This document shows positions 36,156-45,876 of a stretch of DNA of 64,000 nt, piece after piece. Every line of letters starts with the position of its first letter. The first letter of the stretch is position 1. The notes beneath the pieces are model-generated. The model ran no database searches. It saw nothing but the letters and a program-made list of their open reading frames with translations, and was not told the DNA's origin. Made by a program: the position numbers and the translations under genes. The DNA lies in the sequence record MN850615.1. One strand, given 5' to 3'. Source of the stretch: Escherichia phage kvi.

Positions 36156-37157
36156 TTAGTAATGGCTAAAACCTTCGGTCACATCTTCAACCACATAGTA
36201 ACGATGACAGCGCATTTTGGCATTTGCATAATCTTTCGGGATACTTACAACGTGACGCGGATCAACTTTGCATTTAATGATTCGGCCTCGTCCACCGCCA
36301 TAGTGCGGAATATAGTGTTTCGCTGCAACGTGGAGGCCATTAGAGCAAGTGCGATCATCATCTGGGTCCACGTCTTTACGCTTCATTTTAACCGTGCGAC
36401 CTGGGCTATTATCAAACGTATGCGTAAAGAAATCTTTATAATCAACATCAACACGTTTCCATGCATAGAAACAACCATCTTCCACGATCTCAATGTCGTT
36501 GTGCTCTAAGAAGTCAAATAGACGATCTACGGCCTTACGGCTAGGGTTTTTCTTGCACTTCTCAAAGAAGTTAAGATAGTGCGTATATGGCTTATTCTCT
36601 TTAATCGACTCCACAACTCGACGAGTCAGATTATTATCAAGAACAATATTATGATAATACACAATACCATTTTCGATACGGAAAGCGCCGTGATAATATA
36701 CTTCAACCGCTTTCTTAATGTCAATCAGCGTAATAGCTTTGATGAAATCATTATGTTTAATCGCTTCCAGTGCTTCCTTAAAGTTAACATGTGATGGATC
36801 AGCAGTATAAACAATGTCACCACATGTAATAGTAATAAACTTAGTTGAGGCTATGGCTACGATTTTTGAGGAAGTAGTTACGGGCTTTTTTGCGCGTTCA
36901 CCGCCTTTTCCTTTACTGGTTTTACGGCGTGCTTTACGTTTTTCTAGTGCCTTGCGACCTTCCGCTACTGCGTCTTTCTGAATCAGTAATACACGGGAGG
37001 CAGTGCGACGAGATACACCAAATGCTGCCGCAAGTGCTTCGCGGGTAGTAAACTTACCTTCGCCCCACTGTTTAGCCAGTTTGATTTGTTTCGCAGAATC
37101 CAGACATTGAACGTTACGGTCAGAGACGGTGATTTTTGCTTTAGTCATAGTATTCAT
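36156..37157 (-). CDS. rIIB: rIIB lysis-inhibition/membrane-integrity protein
   Basis: 333 aa; conserved rIIB blocks (SRKAVDRLFDFLEHNDIEIVEDGCFYAWKRV, CSNGLHV, AKMRCHRYYVVEDVTE); directly downstream of rIIA. Confidence 0.85.
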   Translation of the reverse strand: MNTMTKAKITVSDRNVQCLDSAKQIKLAKQWGEGKFTTREALAAAFGVSRRTASRVLLIQKDAVAEGRKALEKRKARRKTSKGKGGERAKKPVTTSSKIVAIASTKFITITCGDIVYTADPSHVNFKEALEAIKHNDFIKAITLIDIKKAVEVYYHGAFRIENGIVYYHNIVLDNNLTRRVVESIKENKPYTHYLNFFEKCKKNPSRKAVDRLFDFLEHNDIEIVEDGCFYAWKRVDVDYKDFFTHTFDNSPGRTVKMKRKDVDPDDDRTCSNGLHVAAKHYIPHYGGGRGRIIKCKVDPRHVVSIPKDYANAKMRCHRYYVVEDVTEGFSHY

Positions 37158-37210
37158 TCCTCTATTAGTTGGGCGACTATTGCCGCCCGATTCACATCAT
37201 TATACCAGAA

Positions 37211-37342
37211 TTATTTTGCTTCGACAACCTTGCGGATTGTGCGGTCTGATACATTATAGATTCGTGCCAGTTCGCCTTTAGTCAAACCGCGAGCGTATTG
37301 TTTACGGATGGTTTCTTTCTGGATGGCGGTCAGTTTAGTCAT
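37211..37342 (-). CDS. small helix-turn-helix protein (43 aa)
   Basis: ATG 37342 with SD GAGGTGA; MTKLTAIQKETIRKQYARGLTKGELARIYNVSDRTIRKVVEAK; between rIIA and rIIB; not in ORF track. Confidence 0.35.
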   Translation of the reverse strand: MTKLTAIQKETIRKQYARGLTKGELARIYNVSDRTIRKVVEAK

Positions 37343-37353
37343 AATATCACCTC

Positions 37354-39462
37354 TTAAAATTTAACATTCTTAACCAGTTTCATAAAGTCTTGTGCGCGTT
37401 TGTCATTATGCAGAATACGATACCAGTTATCGACAATATCATACAGTAACGGGCTATTCTCTTTAAACTTCGCACAAACTGCTTTAATTCGTTCGTTTGC
37501 TACCGTGAATTTTTCATCACAAATCTTTTTAGTTTCTTCGTCCATAATCCAACGAGTACGAAGGAGTAACTTGGAAACCTCTTTATTATAATGACGACCG
37601 TACAGTCTGTCAATAAATTCTGGAACACAGCGTTCTAGTTCATCGTCATGAAACAACATAGTGATCACACCCAGATATTCGCCATACCCCAGATGATTGG
37701 TCTTAACCTTCTTAGCCAGACCAGCCAGCTTACCGCGAACAAATTCTAGCGCACATTCCAATTGTTCGTCAACGAGATATTTTTGTGTCTCGTTTCGAGT
37801 AATAATATACTTTGTTACCCCGAAGTAGTCAAGCGCCGTGTGTAATGTATTTTCACTATGGATCGATTTACGACTACGGCTTTCGAATGCATCACCTACG
37901 CGGAACATGTGCAAGCCTGATAACTCGCGAATCTCTGCCGCTTTCATGTGATGGCTGGTTTTATGCCAACTGTCACCAATCTTTTCCATGATATACACGT
38001 TAGGCAGCTTAGGAGTCGCTTCACGTTGTGTACGCTCGGTCTTCTCCGGTTTAACTGCTTTAGCACGCAGATCATCGGCCTCAGAAACTTTAATCACGGT
38101 CATTTCAGAATCATCATAATACTGTTTGATGTACTCGAAAGTTTCCATATGTTTTTCGTTGCGCTGACGGAACACCAGTACCTTTTTATTGATGCCGTAT
38201 TCCTGGACCATACCGTTAAGAGTCAGTGCGCGTAGTTTCGGTTTATCGGTATCATCAATAAGACACATAATATCTTCTTTATGCATCCATACAAAATGCG
38301 TAATGTTGTATTGACTGCTAACGAAAGCAGGGCGCAATTTACTGATTGTGTGACGAGTACGATACAGAGTATACACCTGACCTTCTACGTCATTAGGCGA
38401 ATCTTTACCCGCATTCACAAACTTATTATAGATTGCTACCGGATCATCCCACTGCCCGATCTTACCCATCTTGCTAATAATATTGCGTTGAGTCGATGAA
38501 TACTCGCTCATAAATTGCGCAAGTTTACGCTCTGTTTTAATGTTGGCGATCTTCTCTTTGACCTTTTCCAACATCATTTCATTGATTTCTGCAATGCGTT
38601 TTTCGATGTTCGCTTTAGTCTCAATTGACAAGTGAACTTCTTCACGCGATGGCATCAGGTCCAGATCACCCAACTCAAAATTAATGTAAATGGTCTGGTG
38701 CTGGCGGTTTACAGCTTCTAACCATGTTCCGCGAACATATTCATACGGGATCGGATACTGGATCTTACCCATGATTGCATATACTACATAGGAATCGTTA
38801 TCACGCCCATTACAAACATAATAATTATCAAAGCTAGGGAAATAATTAATTTCGATTGCATTGATATTAGGTTTGTGTTCCCCAAAATGACGCAGTACAA
38901 ATTGCGCTTCTCGATGCCATGTCTGAATATCTTTTTCTTTCACCGGAATAGTGATTTTCAGACCATTGTCTTCATAGGTCGGTTCGTCGAAAATCTGCAC
39001 CATTTTCGGCATAGAGTTTTGCACAAATGCCGTAAAGCCATAAGCGCGACCATTGTAATAGTTTACGATTGTAAAGGTGTCAGTGTAGCTATAAGCAGAT
39101 TTCGCACCTAAACCAAAAGACCCGATATAGTCATTAGTCTGGTCTTTTGTTGATTCAAAGTAAACCGTAAACAGTTGTTCTAATTCTTTCTTAGACGGAA
39201 TACCAGTACCATAATCACGCACAGAGAAATACGGTTCGATTGCAGTCGGTAAATGAATATCAAACGGACGATCTAAGGTTCCGGCTTCTTTGTGAGTGTC
39301 GGTAGCATTGCACGAATACTCACGGACGCAAGCACGCTCACAATATTGATAAGTGTTCTTAGAAAGCACCATAAAAGCCTTGCTACTTGCTTTCAGTGAA
39401 AAATCAACCGCACCGCTCAGGTCACTGCCAAATACTTCTTCATTATCAATATGCATTTTCAT
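37354..39462 (-). CDS. rIIA: rIIA protein (GHKL ATPase-like)
   Basis: 702 aa; HATPase_c-like motifs (E..SCNATD, DYGTGIP, SFGLGAKS); T4 position. Confidence 0.85.
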   Translation of the reverse strand: MKMHIDNEEVFGSDLSGAVDFSLKASSKAFMVLSKNTYQYCERACVREYSCNATDTHKEAGTLDRPFDIHLPTAIEPYFSVRDYGTGIPSKKELEQLFTVYFESTKDQTNDYIGSFGLGAKSAYSYTDTFTIVNYYNGRAYGFTAFVQNSMPKMVQIFDEPTYEDNGLKITIPVKEKDIQTWHREAQFVLRHFGEHKPNINAIEINYFPSFDNYYVCNGRDNDSYVVYAIMGKIQYPIPYEYVRGTWLEAVNRQHQTIYINFELGDLDLMPSREEVHLSIETKANIEKRIAEINEMMLEKVKEKIANIKTERKLAQFMSEYSSTQRNIISKMGKIGQWDDPVAIYNKFVNAGKDSPNDVEGQVYTLYRTRHTISKLRPAFVSSQYNITHFVWMHKEDIMCLIDDTDKPKLRALTLNGMVQEYGINKKVLVFRQRNEKHMETFEYIKQYYDDSEMTVIKVSEADDLRAKAVKPEKTERTQREATPKLPNVYIMEKIGDSWHKTSHHMKAAEIRELSGLHMFRVGDAFESRSRKSIHSENTLHTALDYFGVTKYIITRNETQKYLVDEQLECALEFVRGKLAGLAKKVKTNHLGYGEYLGVITMLFHDDELERCVPEFIDRLYGRHYNKEVSKLLLRTRWIMDEETKKICDEKFTVANERIKAVCAKFKENSPLLYDIVDNWYRILHNDKRAQDFMKLVKNVKF

Positions 39463-39476
39463 AATATAATCCTCAC

Positions 39477-39734
39477 TTAATTAAAATCTTCTTTGTCCAT
39501 CTCTGCGTAGATTACATCCCACGCCCATAAATCAATAAACGCATTATATGTCACGGTGCAATCGTTGTCAATCACTTCTTTCGCATATTTCTTGATGTTT
39601 TCGTAGGAAACTTGCGGGTCAATTTTGTGTTTACGAAGGTGCGCATATTCATATCTCAGACATTTCATAAACAGGTCCATCGATTTCTTTTCTCGATGAC
39701 ACTTGGCGATCATAAAATCAAAACTTCGACTCAT
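39477..39734 (-). CDS. hypothetical protein
   Basis: 85-aa ORF. Confidence 0.4.
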   Translation of the reverse strand: MSRSFDFMIAKCHREKKSMDLFMKCLRYEYAHLRKHKIDPQVSYENIKKYAKEVIDNDCTVTYNAFIDLWAWDVIYAEMDKEDFN

Positions 39735-39745
39735 TTTTCTACTCC

Positions 39746-39940
39746 TTATACATTTTCAATTACCCATTGCAGATGGGCTTCTGCGTCAACCAGTTCAGCG
39801 CGGCTTTTCTCTAAGCACTTGCTGTATTCTTTACGTTCCCACTCGGCAATTTCGTTTTTCAGGACTTCTTCATAGTAAGCAATTACGCCTTTCAGGTCTG
39901 AAACTTTACGGCTTGCCAATTCGATGTAATGGTTACGCAT
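39746..39940 (-). CDS. hypothetical protein
   Basis: 64-aa ORF. Confidence 0.4.
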   Translation of the reverse strand: MRNHYIELASRKVSDLKGVIAYYEEVLKNEIAEWERKEYSKCLEKSRAELVDAEAHLQWVIENV

Positions 39941-40136
39941 TTTGATTCTCCTTTGTTACTAGATAACGAATTTGGTCTTGCATTGCGATCAGTTCCCAGC
40001 GTGCTACTTTCATCATGGAAACTGACTCTTTGAACATAATATTAGCTTTTTCCTTCTCCCCTGTCAAGTAGATTTCTGCAATTTTTTCACAAAATTTTTG
40101 AGTTTCTTCATTCTTAAACGGTTTCATATAAGTCAA
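39933..40136 (-). CDS. hypothetical protein
   Basis: 67-aa ORF. Confidence 0.4.
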   Translation of the reverse strand: MTYMKPFKNEETQKFCEKIAEIYLTGEKEKANIMFKESVSMMKVARWELIAMQDQIRYLVTKENQNA

Positions 40137-40157
40137 CCTTTTGTTTTCGATGGGGAC

Positions 40158-40186
40158 ATTATGATATATCCCCGATCCAGTGTCAA
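40158..40186 (-). promoter_or_regulatory. sigma70-like early promoter
   Basis: TTGACA N17 CATAAT; -10 in loop of GGGGA/TCCCC hairpin. Confidence 0.45.
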
Positions 40187-40193
40187 CAGATTT

Positions 40194-40529
40194 TTAATCT
40201 TTTTTCAATGCATCCATTACTCGCTCTGCGATCAGTTCTCGTAAGCACTGATAACCATGATATTTGATGGCAATGTCACGCAGATCATTAACCAGTTCCC
40301 GTACTTCATGGTCTTTCAGATCGTCTCTGTATTTCGATTTAACCGTGTCTTTAGGTGGATTGTGGATAACCTGAAAACCTTGTTCTGCAATCACTGCGGC
40401 TTCTCGCTGGCGTTCATGTTGTACTGTATTTTTGATCAGGTCTACTTCCATGAACTTTGTCATACTCATCATCATGTTATTCTTTTTGCTCATTATTAAA
40501 TCCTCATAAACGAAAAGGGAGACTCCCAT
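40194..40529 (-). CDS. hypothetical protein
   Basis: 111-aa ORF. Confidence 0.45.
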   Translation of the reverse strand: MGVSLFVYEDLIMSKKNNMMMSMTKFMEVDLIKNTVQHERQREAAVIAEQGFQVIHNPPKDTVKSKYRDDLKDHEVRELVNDLRDIAIKYHGYQCLRELIAERVMDALKKD

Positions 40530-40551
40530 TATAGAGAATCTCCCTTGTATG

Positions 40552-41115
40552 TCAACTAAAATTTAAAGATGCAAACTCCCCGTGATGAATTTTTGCATAT
40601 TCATCATATGCTCTAGCGGCTTCCTCCTGAGTAGCAAACGATCCTATGTATTTTCTGTATCCGTTTATCCTTATTTGTGCTTGCCACGGTCTTTTGCTAG
40701 ATCCTTTGCGATGAGTAACACCATTATATATGCTCGTGCACCCGTCAATTTTCTTTTTATTGTACATGTTTTGTTGTTGTGTTGCCTCCCGTAAATTTGG
40801 TGGATTGTTGTTTTCTGGATTCCCGTCTATGTGGTCTATTACCTTAACCTGTGTTCCATATTCAAGAAACCAGACAATTCTATGTACAAGATATGTAGAT
40901 GTTCTCTTTTTAACCTTATTGTAAACATCTATTGCCAAATGACCGTAATTTAACTTTTTTGTTTTTACTTTATCACCGACTCGGTAGAAATATCCCTCTG
41001 GTAGACCATTAAAAGACGGACTATTTGTTTTGTGATATAGAACACCTTCCGTGTGTTCAAATCTGCGTTTTAATTCCTCTTGAATTTCAGTATTCCAAAA
41101 TTTCGCACTTTTCAT
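40552..41115 (-). CDS. HNH homing endonuclease with AP2 domain (Mob-like)
   Basis: HNH core (YLVHRIVWFLEYG..VIDHIDGNPENNNPPNLREATQQQN) plus AP2-like (GVTHRKGSSKRPWQAQIRINGYRKYIGSFATQEEAARAYDEYA); immediately downstream of gene 39. Confidence 0.8.
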   Translation of the reverse strand: MKSAKFWNTEIQEELKRRFEHTEGVLYHKTNSPSFNGLPEGYFYRVGDKVKTKKLNYGHLAIDVYNKVKKRTSTYLVHRIVWFLEYGTQVKVIDHIDGNPENNNPPNLREATQQQNMYNKKKIDGCTSIYNGVTHRKGSSKRPWQAQIRINGYRKYIGSFATQEEAARAYDEYAKIHHGEFASLNFS

Positions 41116-41116
41116 A

Positions 41117-42940
41117 TTATGACGCCATCCATGCCTTCCTCATGTCTGAATCTTCACTATAGAGCAAATCGAATAGCTCTTTATAGTTTTCCGGTAACGT
41201 GATGATCTCCATGACAGGATCGTTGATCACGCGATGATAGTCTGATTCTGTGAGCGATGCTAAACCTTTGATATATCGAATGTTGTAACCTTTGATATTA
41301 TCTCGGTCGGTCTCAAAATCTTCTAGGTCATAATACCATCGAACATCATCACCTTTCTTTGGTTCCGCAATGATAATAGGTGTTTTGATAAACCGGATTC
41401 GTCCATCTTCGAACAATTCAGGCCAACGAGCAAAGAAAGAGATCAGACTAGGTTTAATAGACCCGATCCCGTCAGTATCAGCGTCTGTCATAATCGCAAT
41501 ATTTTTGTATTGCATAACTTCCAATGCATCAACACCAAATTGCAAGCCAGTGATCGCCATGATGTTAAAAATTTCGGCGTTCTTAACGATCTTTGCCTCC
41601 GGTTGTTCCCACGTTGTAAGAGTTTTGCCTCGCAACGGGAAACCTCCATGTAAATCTGGATCACGTACAGAGACCAGATAGTTGATCGCGGAATCACCTT
41701 CCGTCAAAAACAGGGTAGTTTCTGCGTCAGTTCCAATAAGGTTAGCTTTAACGTGTTTTGCTACCTTAGCCCGTTTCGCTGCTTTTGCTACCTTAGTCGC
41801 TGCCGCTTTATCTGCTGCCTCTTTGCGTGCCAGGACTACAGCAATAATAGGCATGATAATGTTTTCTTTCTTCGCAATGACTTTAGCCAGCTTTTTAAAA
41901 TCAAGATCAATATGACGCTTGATATCACCAGTTGGATTAGTCAATCGTTCTTTTGTCTGTGAATCAAAACGAAGGTTAGGCAATTCACGAACAATAAGAA
42001 TACAGGTCAATCCAGACTTAACCGCAGCTTTAGTAACATCAACCTTATGTTCTTTCTTGATTCGTTTTACAATCTCTTCACAAAGATCATCTGTCACGTA
42101 GTCTACGTGTGTTCCCCCGTTTTTGGTAAACAGACCATTAGCAAAGGATACTGATTTAAAACCTTCTCCCTCGACCGCAGGAACTAGGGCAAGTGAAAAG
42201 TTTTTATCTTCAATGACAAACGGATCATCATTGTATAGTTTAGCATAATCCTTGAACTTACTAACAATACGTTTACCATTAAACTTAAACGTGATCTTAG
42301 GAAAGATTACGCTCAATGATTGCAGACGATCATGAACAATATCTAAAACAGAGTTGTCCATCATATAACCTTCGAAGTGGTCGAAGTCTGGGCAAAATGT
42401 AACCTTTGTTCCCTTCAATTTTGATGGTTTCGATGACCATGTGATATTTTCAGCACCGTTTGTACATTGAACGGTCATTTCTGTTTCTCCGTCACAGGTC
42501 ACACCAGTAAACCAATCGCTAAAGAAATTTGACAACGACGACCCCACACCGTTCATCCCTTGCGTTAATCGATTGGTATCATCAAAGTTAGACCCTGCTT
42601 TTGTTCGTGTCCATGCGGCTACAGGTTGCGGAATCTGCGTGCCCTCTGGAGTAGTAACCATATGTTGAGGAATACCGCGACCATTGTCTGTTACCGTAAC
42701 AATATTGTTTTGGATATCGACGCTAATCACATTGGCAAATTCAAAATTAGTGCGAATCGCCTCGTCTACAGAGTTGTCGATGATCTCATCAATGATTTTA
42801 ACCAGTCCTGGAACATATGAAATTTTTGTCCATTTACCGAACAGGAAACGTTGGTGTTCTTCGTAAGTTGTTGATCCTATATACATTCCTGCACGCTTAA
42901 GGACATGTTCACGATCAGATAAAATGCGAAACTCACTCAT
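41117..42940 (-). CDS. 39: DNA topoisomerase II large subunit (fused gp39+gp60 type)
   Basis: 607 aa; GyrB-type ATPase (GHKL) and TOPRIM motifs in one ORF. Confidence 0.85.
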   Translation of the reverse strand: MSEFRILSDREHVLKRAGMYIGSTTYEEHQRFLFGKWTKISYVPGLVKIIDEIIDNSVDEAIRTNFEFANVISVDIQNNIVTVTDNGRGIPQHMVTTPEGTQIPQPVAAWTRTKAGSNFDDTNRLTQGMNGVGSSLSNFFSDWFTGVTCDGETEMTVQCTNGAENITWSSKPSKLKGTKVTFCPDFDHFEGYMMDNSVLDIVHDRLQSLSVIFPKITFKFNGKRIVSKFKDYAKLYNDDPFVIEDKNFSLALVPAVEGEGFKSVSFANGLFTKNGGTHVDYVTDDLCEEIVKRIKKEHKVDVTKAAVKSGLTCILIVRELPNLRFDSQTKERLTNPTGDIKRHIDLDFKKLAKVIAKKENIIMPIIAVVLARKEAADKAAATKVAKAAKRAKVAKHVKANLIGTDAETTLFLTEGDSAINYLVSVRDPDLHGGFPLRGKTLTTWEQPEAKIVKNAEIFNIMAITGLQFGVDALEVMQYKNIAIMTDADTDGIGSIKPSLISFFARWPELFEDGRIRFIKTPIIIAEPKKGDDVRWYYDLEDFETDRDNIKGYNIRYIKGLASLTESDYHRVINDPVMEIITLPENYKELFDLLYSEDSDMRKAWMAS

Positions 42941-43039
42941 TATTAAACCTCTTCATAACATAACCATAACTTACTGCAACCGCCACAAAGACGGCTGCAA
43001 CAATCATATTAAAAATTGAGTGATTGTCAAGTATATGAC

Positions 43040-43213
43040 TCATGACACGCGCACATTTTTATCGTAATACCCGCCATTAATCCCGCGCGGGGCAGTTAAT
43101 CCCTGTTTACATTCTTTACCGCATTCAGGGCATTCTGCCTTTTCACGCTCGGAAATTTTGCGGATTTTCTGAAATTGACCGTGTTCTTCACAAGAATAAT
43201 CGTATAATGGCAT
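43040..43213 (-). CDS. FmdB-family zinc-ribbon protein
   Basis: start refined to ATG 43213; MPLYDYSCEEHG...ECPECG pattern. Confidence 0.45.
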   Translation of the reverse strand: MPLYDYSCEEHGQFQKIRKISEREKAECPECGKECKQGLTAPRGINGGYYDKNVRVS

Positions 43214-43214
43214 A

Positions 43215-43883
43215 TTATCCCCTTTGTTTCTTAACTGAATTTGGATCTGGATTTTCTGGTAGGTCTTCCAGACCCATAGCATAACGTTGTGCATAGATTA
43301 GCATAAGAATATCGCGAGCGCAATCATGAATTGCATCATGTGCGATAAAACCATCTAGCGTACCCATTGGTAACGGACACTCACACATCCCGCGATGCAT
43401 CAATGTACGCTCAATGGCGGTGCGAACATCTCGGATGTTCCAGAATCGCACAGGTTCAAGATTGAACGTCTCTCGTGTATTGTGTGCATCGCGGATCATA
43501 TCAACTAGTAACGGAATATCAAACGCATTACCGCGTGACCACAATACGGATTTAACCGGATCTACCCCTACGGCTTCACAGAATGCGTTAAAACGCGCTA
43601 AACCTTCTTTAGTTGATACTTCCGTACCATTTGTGATTAATTGCTTTCTCATGCCTTCTGAGGCGGTATTCTTCCACCATTCAACCACACCATGATCAAA
43701 CACCCTTACACCTTTCTGGGAAGGAATATCAAATTTTACCAGAAAGGAATTGTCAACCAGTTCTTTAAATGTAGGTGGGTTGTGCGGATCTTCTTTAAAT
43801 CCGATTGCCGCCATATTGATAACCGCCCCATCAGGCGGATAACCTAAACTTTCAAAGTCAATCATTAAATCCACTGGAAGCAT
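43215..43883 (-). CDS. dexA: exonuclease A (DEDD 3'-5' exonuclease)
   Basis: start refined to ATG 43883 (SD GGAGGA); DnaQ-like Exo I motif IDFESLG; T4 position next to dda. Confidence 0.7.
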   Translation of the reverse strand: MLPVDLMIDFESLGYPPDGAVINMAAIGFKEDPHNPPTFKELVDNSFLVKFDIPSQKGVRVFDHGVVEWWKNTASEGMRKQLITNGTEVSTKEGLARFNAFCEAVGVDPVKSVLWSRGNAFDIPLLVDMIRDAHNTRETFNLEPVRFWNIRDVRTAIERTLMHRGMCECPLPMGTLDGFIAHDAIHDCARDILMLIYAQRYAMGLEDLPENPDPNSVKKQRG

Positions 43884-43884
43884 T

Positions 43885-44127
43885 TTAAATATCCTCCGCG
43901 ATATGCCGGAACAACTCCAGATCGTTTTTATCCAGAATGAAACCGCTACAATCAATAATCCCGTTACCGTAATTATCGGTTAACAGTCGTTCCGTTGCCA
44001 TGTATGCGCGTACTTTGTTGTTAAAATTCATTACATGTTGTGCATAGTCACAATGAATCTTTTGACGGTTCCACGCGACAATTGATTGTAGATGTATTAC
44101 ATTAGCCACATTATTAATAACAACCAT
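43885..44127 (-). CDS. hypothetical protein
   Basis: start refined to ATG 44127 preceded by repeated junction AAGCGAGGGTTTTGAT; 80 aa. Confidence 0.4.
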   Translation of the reverse strand: MVVINNVANVIHLQSIVAWNRQKIHCDYAQHVMNFNNKVRAYMATERLLTDNYGNGIIDCSGFILDKNDLELFRHIAEDI

Positions 44128-44180
44128 ATCAAAACCCTCGCTTAGTGGAATGTTCTGACATTTTATTGATACATACAGCT
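44125..44180 (-). repeat. direct repeat copy 1 (gene-junction repeat)
   Basis: ~57 bp, ~85% identical to 44303-44360. Confidence 0.7.
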
Positions 44181-44305
44181 TGGTAGTCACGAGATTTTTT
44201 TGACGAATTAAGAGCTACGGCCAAAAAATCCTGTAACTGTTCGTTTGTCATTGTTGGCTTACACCGCGTATCTAAACTCTTCTTTCTTCTAGCTTCATTA
44301 GCCAT
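44129..44305 (-). CDS. small hypothetical protein (58 aa)
   Basis: MANEARRKK...CINKMSEHSTKRGF; C-terminus paralogous to neighbour; unlisted in track. Confidence 0.35.
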   Translation of the reverse strand: MANEARRKKSLDTRCKPTMTNEQLQDFLAVALNSSKKSRDYQAVCINKMSEHSTKRGF

Positions 44306-44360
44306 ATCAAAACCCTCGCTTAGTGAAATATTCGATCATTTTATTGATACATTCAGCTTC
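44303..44360 (-). repeat. direct repeat copy 2 (gene-junction repeat)
   Basis: see copy 1. Confidence 0.7.
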
Positions 44361-44474
44361 ACTGTCGCCGGATACGTTCCATCCATAATGACCCCAACTA
44401 AAACACATGGTAACAGTTCCATTGTGACGGCGTACCGTCACTTCGTCAAATTCGGGGATACTTCGCATAATCAT
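44307..44474 (-). CDS. small hypothetical protein (55 aa)
   Basis: MIMRSIPEFDEVTV...ECINKMIEYFTKRGF; SD GAGGAAA overlapping dda stop; unlisted in track. Confidence 0.35.
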   Translation of the reverse strand: MIMRSIPEFDEVTVRRHNGTVTMCFSWGHYGWNVSGDSEAECINKMIEYFTKRGF

Positions 44475-44484
44475 AATAATTTCC

Positions 44485-45876
44485 TCAAATATAGTCTACT
44501 CGATACCTCGCACGGGTAACACCAACATATAATAACTGCATTGCCAATTCAAAGTCAACATTATCTGTACACATGCAAGGGGTATACAGGAACACGCGGT
44601 CTACGCTGATTCCTTGTGACTTATGAATAGTGCAAGCTGGTAATGCTTTTACATTCAAGAACATACGCTTCATCGTCCAGAAAGAATCCCAATCCGGTTT
44701 AAAATTCGGATTCTCTTTCTTCATTTCGCGATATTGTCCGGCGACCGTATTCAGATAGATAGAGAAAATGTTCTTCTGACGTTGTTCTGTCAGAATGTTG
44801 ATTTCTACTAAATCTGGTTTATCTGTAGTTATTCCGACTGCATCTAAACCGACTTTCTGATTTAGGATTTCTTTGTCTTCGTCATCATCGACGCTTTCCA
44901 CTTTCAGAGTATATCCTAAAACTGGTTGCGGATCTACCCCCGTGCAACGTAATGTAAATTCGCGCGGTATAACCTCTTTAACTCGGATCATCTCACCATT
45001 GTTAAAAATAACATTGGGGATCTTCTTCCCGCGTTCATCTCGCAGATATTCGATCAATGGTTCCTGAGTAACCAGAATTTCATCTACAATCACTGGTTCA
45101 TCGGTGTTATAAACGCGCTTACGTACAATTTCATTGAGTTTTTCGACGCTCTTGTTAGTGTAAGCCAGAATACGGTTTTCTAGAAGGTCTTCCGGCGTTT
45201 TAACGGTTTCGAAATAATGCTTCATAAACTCCGGCAGAGTTGAGCTATGGAATACACCCTCGTTACCGCACTGCTTTTCGAATACCCATTTACCATTACG
45301 GACAGCGGTCGCCACATCAATTATTGGCGCATTAGATCGTTTAATCTCTGTAAGTTCTACATTCTGAAACCTTTCATCGGTGAAGAAAGGAGAGATCGAC
45401 GTTGCGCCGCTCGGATCAACTGGTCGTAACTGGTACAGATCACCCACGGCAATAATAACAATTCGACCGTTGATACTCTTCATGAGAATATCAAATAGTT
45501 TCTTATCGACCATACTCGCTTCATCAACAATGATGATCTGAACATCATCTAGCTTAGGAGTATCTTTTTGCTCAAATACTTGAGTATCTTCATAGTTGGT
45601 CGGGTTTAGTCGCAGTAGTGCATGTAAAGTAAATGCTTGACGACCTACCGCTTTACTCAAAACTTTTTTAGCCTGGTGGGTAGGCGTTGCCAAAACCACA
45701 CCAGTTACACCACGGCGGACCATTTCCTGAACAATGAATTTCATCATTGCGGTTTTACCAGTACCCGCCGCACCACGGACAGTTGTATGCTTCTTTTGTT
45801 CAATGCGTTTCATTAGAACATCAAAAGCATGTTTTTGCCCGTCTGTTAACATATCGAAAGTTAATACTCTGCTCAT
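44485..45876 (-). CDS. dda: Dda-type SF1 DNA helicase
   Basis: 463 aa; Walker A GAAGTGKT, Walker B IIVDEASM, SF1 helicase motifs. Confidence 0.85.
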   Translation of the reverse strand: MSRVLTFDMLTDGQKHAFDVLMKRIEQKKHTTVRGAAGTGKTAMMKFIVQEMVRRGVTGVVLATPTHQAKKVLSKAVGRQAFTLHALLRLNPTNYEDTQVFEQKDTPKLDDVQIIIVDEASMVDKKLFDILMKSINGRIVIIAVGDLYQLRPVDPSGATSISPFFTDERFQNVELTEIKRSNAPIIDVATAVRNGKWVFEKQCGNEGVFHSSTLPEFMKHYFETVKTPEDLLENRILAYTNKSVEKLNEIVRKRVYNTDEPVIVDEILVTQEPLIEYLRDERGKKIPNVIFNNGEMIRVKEVIPREFTLRCTGVDPQPVLGYTLKVESVDDDEDKEILNQKVGLDAVGITTDKPDLVEINILTEQRQKNIFSIYLNTVAGQYREMKKENPNFKPDWDSFWTMKRMFLNVKALPACTIHKSQGISVDRVFLYTPCMCTDNVDFELAMQLLYVGVTRARYRVDYI

